NCBI GenBank assembly: GCA_964016885.1
Contig: OZ024740.1
Coordinates: 160,456,001-160,520,000 of the forward strand
Direction: 5' to 3'
DNA length: 64,000 nt
Source: Eledone cirrhosa
Lineage: Eukaryota
Part shown: one piece after another, positions 59,561 to 64,000 of the stretch
Layout of the letters: every line of letters begins with the position of its first letter
How positions within the stretch are numbered: position 1 is the first letter of the stretch
The notes under the pieces: generated by a model
The model's input: the letters and a program-made list of their open reading frames with translations, nothing else
Databases searched by the model: none
Told to the model about the DNA's origin: nothing
Program-made: the position numbers and the translations under genes

Positions 59561-62500
59561 ATCATCATCAGCATCATCATCATCATCATCATCGTTTAAC
59601 GTCCATCTTCCAGGCTAGCAAGGGTTAGACGGTTTTGTTCCATTAGATGCGGGAATGGTCGGGAAATCATGTCTCGCTTGCACGGAAGCGTCTCTGGCAG
59701 GTTTTTTTTTTACAGCTGGATGCCCTTCCTAACACCTACTATATTTACAGTGTGGACTGGGAGCCTTTTCACTGTGTCTCCTATACAACCACCTTATAGT
59801 GTGGACTGTTGTCTCATTGACACAGTGGATAGAACGGGAGAGGGAGAATGTGGTAGGGTGTGGCGTGGGGTGTACATTGGGTTAAGAGGTGCCTACTGAC
59901 TGTAGGTTTGTATGCAATGGCAGTCGGGTCTTCTTTACAACTACATGGCACAAAAGGTCTCGAGTCAGTATCATTGTCTTAGAGAGGTGTAGGTGAGCAA
60001 GGTCAGTTTTTATCACCTTGTCTCGGGTTTTTCTTGGTCTACCCACTCCGCAGCTTCCATCAATTTATACAGCCATTGTACTTCATATGCATCACATGTC
60101 CATACCGACGCAATCTCCTCTCCAGAACACAGCATTTGATACCTCTTATGCTTAGTCTCCCTCTTAATTCATTTATGCTTCGCCTTTCATGCACATTACT
60201 ATTACACATCCATTGGAGCATGCAAGCTTCATTTCTTTCTAATCTACGCAGGTCTTCAGCAACACAATGCCCAAGTCTCACTACCATGTAATATCACTGT
60301 TTGTATACATGCATCATACAATCTGCCTTTCATTTTTAGAGAAAAACCCCTTGTGGCCAACAGCGGTATTAGCTCTCTCAACTTTTTCCATCCTGTTCTA
60401 ACTCTGGCTACTACACTTTCAGAGCACCCTCCTCCACTGCTGATTTTGTTACCCAGGTAACAGAAGGTGTCTACTATTTCTATAGAACCATCTGGGTAGT
60501 TGAAGGAGATATCATGCAGTGGGTCCTTGCTACTTACTGCACCTGAGCATCGACCACATATACAATCTACATTCTTAGTTAGCTTACCTCTGATCCCACT
60601 ACATCTTTTATGCACCCATATTTTGCATTTGGGACATAGAATGGAGTTTCTGCTTACTCCTTTCTTACACACTGAGCATGGTCATTACCCAGAGGGTACC
60701 TGTGCCCTATTATCCTTTCTACATACTATAACCTTAGTCTTAGATGTTGACTCTAAGGCTTTTTGATTCAAGGCCATGTTATCCTGTTTGGAACTTCCTC
60801 TCTAGTTCAGCCATAGATTCAGCTATGAGAGTTAGATCATCTGCATATAGAAGTTCCCATGGGCAGCCAGTCTTAAACCCCTCTGTTATAGCCTGTTGGA
60901 CAATAATAAACAGGAGGGAGCTAAGAACGGAGCCCTGGTGAATCCCTACTATTACGCTAAATTCATCACTATATTTATTGTTAATTCTAACCTTGCTGAC
61001 TGTTCATCTATACATGGCTTGTGTAGCTCTCACAAGCCATTCTCCCACTCCTAGTTTTCTAAGAACCCACCAGATAAAGGTGCATGGAACTCTGTGAAAG
61101 GCCTTCTCCAGGTCAACAAAAGCTAAGTAGAGGGGTTTACTGTTAGCTAAGTACTTCTCCTGTAATTTCCATACAAGGAAAAGAGCATTCGTGATACTTT
61201 TACTTGGCACAAACCCAAACTGCATTTCGTCTAGATCAATTTGGTCTGTAATCAGTTGAGTAATAACTCTTTCTGTGACTTTCATGACTTGGTCAACTAA
61301 TTTAATGCCCCTATAGTTTCCTCTAACCAGGGTGTCTCCTTGGCCTTGTAATAGTTGACGATGATGCTGCTACTCCAGTCATTTGGTATGATCCCATTCT
61401 GTATTACTTGGTTTACTATCCGTGTGACCATAGTATGTCCCACCATTCCAGATACCTTCAACATTTCAGCAACTATCCACGAAGGACCAGCTGCCTTGCC
61501 TGTCTTCATATTTTTTATTGCCTTACTTACTACACTACCATTAACTTGCACAGCTGGTCCTTCTATTGGATTGATGTGGGGCAGACTATCTTTATTCCAT
61601 TCATTCTCCACTTTCAGTACTCTCTCGTAGTGACACTTCCAAGCTACCTTCTTATCACTATCAGTGAGGGCAAGTACACCATCGTCATTATGGACACACG
61701 TCTCCCCGACAATATCACAGTTCTCCTTGACACATTGCCTCGCAATCCTGAATATTTCATGTCTTTGGTCCTCCCGTTGTAGAATATGCTTGAACTTACT
61801 ATCTTCTGCTTCCTTCTTTGCAAGGTACACTTGTTGTCTAGCTTCTCTCCTAGCTACCCAATAGTGTTCTCTACTACCCCCATCCTGCCTTTCTTTCCAT
61901 GCCTGCTTTTTGCCCTTGATGGACTCCTCACCTTACTGTTCCACCACCATGTCACTCTCCTCCTGCCTAACAGTCTGCTCCAGCTACAGATTTCATCAGT
62001 TGCTTTCAACAGGTTAACTTTCAGGAATTCCCACTGTTCCTCTATATTGTATGACTCTAATTGCTCTTCCTTACTATCAAAAGCATTAAGTAATATGCCT
62101 TTGAATTTGTTACTGGCTGCGGGGTTCTTCAACATCCATAATCTTCTCCTTAAGGTATTCCTCTGTTGGTAATTACGTCTGGCCCTGACTATGAGGTCAG
62201 TAACTATTAAATTATGTTGGGAGGCACATTCTTCACGAGGGAGGGACTTGGTGTTCAAAACAGATACTTTGTCTTGTTTCCTAGTAAGGATAAAGTCTTT
62301 CTGGCTGGTGTGCCCCCCTGATCTATATGTGATCAAATGACTGTCACGTTTTTTTAAGTTTGTGTTGCAGACAGTCAGGTCATTTGCATCACATAATTCC
62401 AGGATCCTGAAGCCTTCCTCATTTCTAGTACCAAATCCATAACCTCCATGGACACCATCATAGCCATCACAATGTTGTCCAACATGACCATTATGTCACC

Positions 62501-62578
62501 CGCAATAATTATATAGTCACTGTTGGGTATCTGGGAGGTAGTGAGCATTAGAGACTCGTAGAACCTGTCTTTAGAAAC
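59561..62578 (-). mobile_element. Degenerate 5'-truncated RTE-clade LINE
   Basis: APE end, RT (FVDLEKAFHRVP, YADDL), C-terminus, (ATG)n tail; related to 46396-50526. Confidence 0.93.
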
Positions 62579-62657
<79 letters not shown>

Positions 62658-62673
62658 AATATATATATATATA

Positions 62674-62792
62674 AGTGGCTTCTAAGGACTAGAACTGTTT
62701 CATTTGGGGGAAATCATCAGATGAATTCCCTTGTATGAAACAGTTCTATAGTCCTGCAGAAGCCATTTCTATATTAAATATTTATACTCTGG
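62674..62792. mobile_element. Tiny back-to-back fusion of two truncated hammerheads
   Basis: Minus: CTGATGA..GAAACAGTTCTAGTCCT; plus: GATGA..GAAACAGTTCTATAGTCCTG; related to 14729-14779. Confidence 0.65.
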
Positions 62793-62802
62793 TATATATA
62801 TA

Positions 62803-62912
62803 TTAAATGAGGTTGGTGTTAGGAAGGGCATCAAGCTGTAGAAATCAATCCAGAATCAGTTCCCATCTCACCCTTTCAAGCAGGGAAAAGCGGACGTAAA
62901 AGGATGATGATA
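62803..62912 (+). mobile_element. RTE-related 3'-end fragment
   Basis: GGTTGGTGTTAGGAAGGGCATC..GGACGTAAAA GATGATGA, similar to 12985-13040. Confidence 0.7.
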
Positions 62913-62917
62913 TATAT

Positions 62918-63716
<799 letters not shown>

Positions 63717-63734
63717 ATATACATATACATATAC

Positions 63735-63773
<39 letters not shown>

Positions 63774-63779
63774 TAGATA

Positions 63780-63920
63780 GAGGCACATGGTTAGAGCATT
63801 GGCCTTGCAATCGAAAGGTTGTGAGTTCAATTCTCAGATCAGACCGGGTGATGTGTTGTTTCCTTGAGCAAGACACTTTATTTCACATTGCTCCAGTTTA
63901 CTCAGCTGTAGAAATGAGAT
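63780..63920 (+). mobile_element. tRNA-derived SINE
   Basis: A-box-like TGGTTAGAGC, B-box GAGTTCAATTC, central CCTTGAGCAAGACACTT. Confidence 0.7.
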
Positions 63921-64000
63921 GATAGGGACTGGGGTCCCTATCATTCCACTGTAAAGTGGTCGTGGAGGTGTCACGGCAAAAAAGCACTCAGCACTCACTG

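Noticed and set aside
63780-63840. tRNA gene
   Set aside because: No intact cloverleaf; continues into a SINE body

Overview
Eukaryotic, repeat-saturated, AT-microsatellite-rich window with a 200-N gap and no supportable host protein-coding gene. The repeat style (vast (TA)n tracts, RTE LINEs with (ATG)n tails, tRNA-derived SINEs) suggests an octopod/cephalopod, but this is inference only. Nearly all listed ORFs are microsatellite artefacts. Real coding remnants are retrotransposons: five families (six copies) of Penelope-like elements (PLE; RT + GIY-YIG), one R4/Dong-type RLE LINE inserted in (TAA)n, and several RTE-clade LINEs. The main signal, found by manual folding, is about 14 sequence-distinct families of type I hammerhead ribozyme (HHR) motifs. 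They occur in PLE pseudo-LTRs, in ORF-less palindromic elements, and in two ORF-less retrozyme-like direct/tandem repeats (457-bp and 538-bp units), nearly all flanked by (TA)n. Several carry non-canonical cores (U3-A8 covariation, U4C, extra base or U-U at the base of helix II). Ribozyme activity is inferred from secondary structure only.
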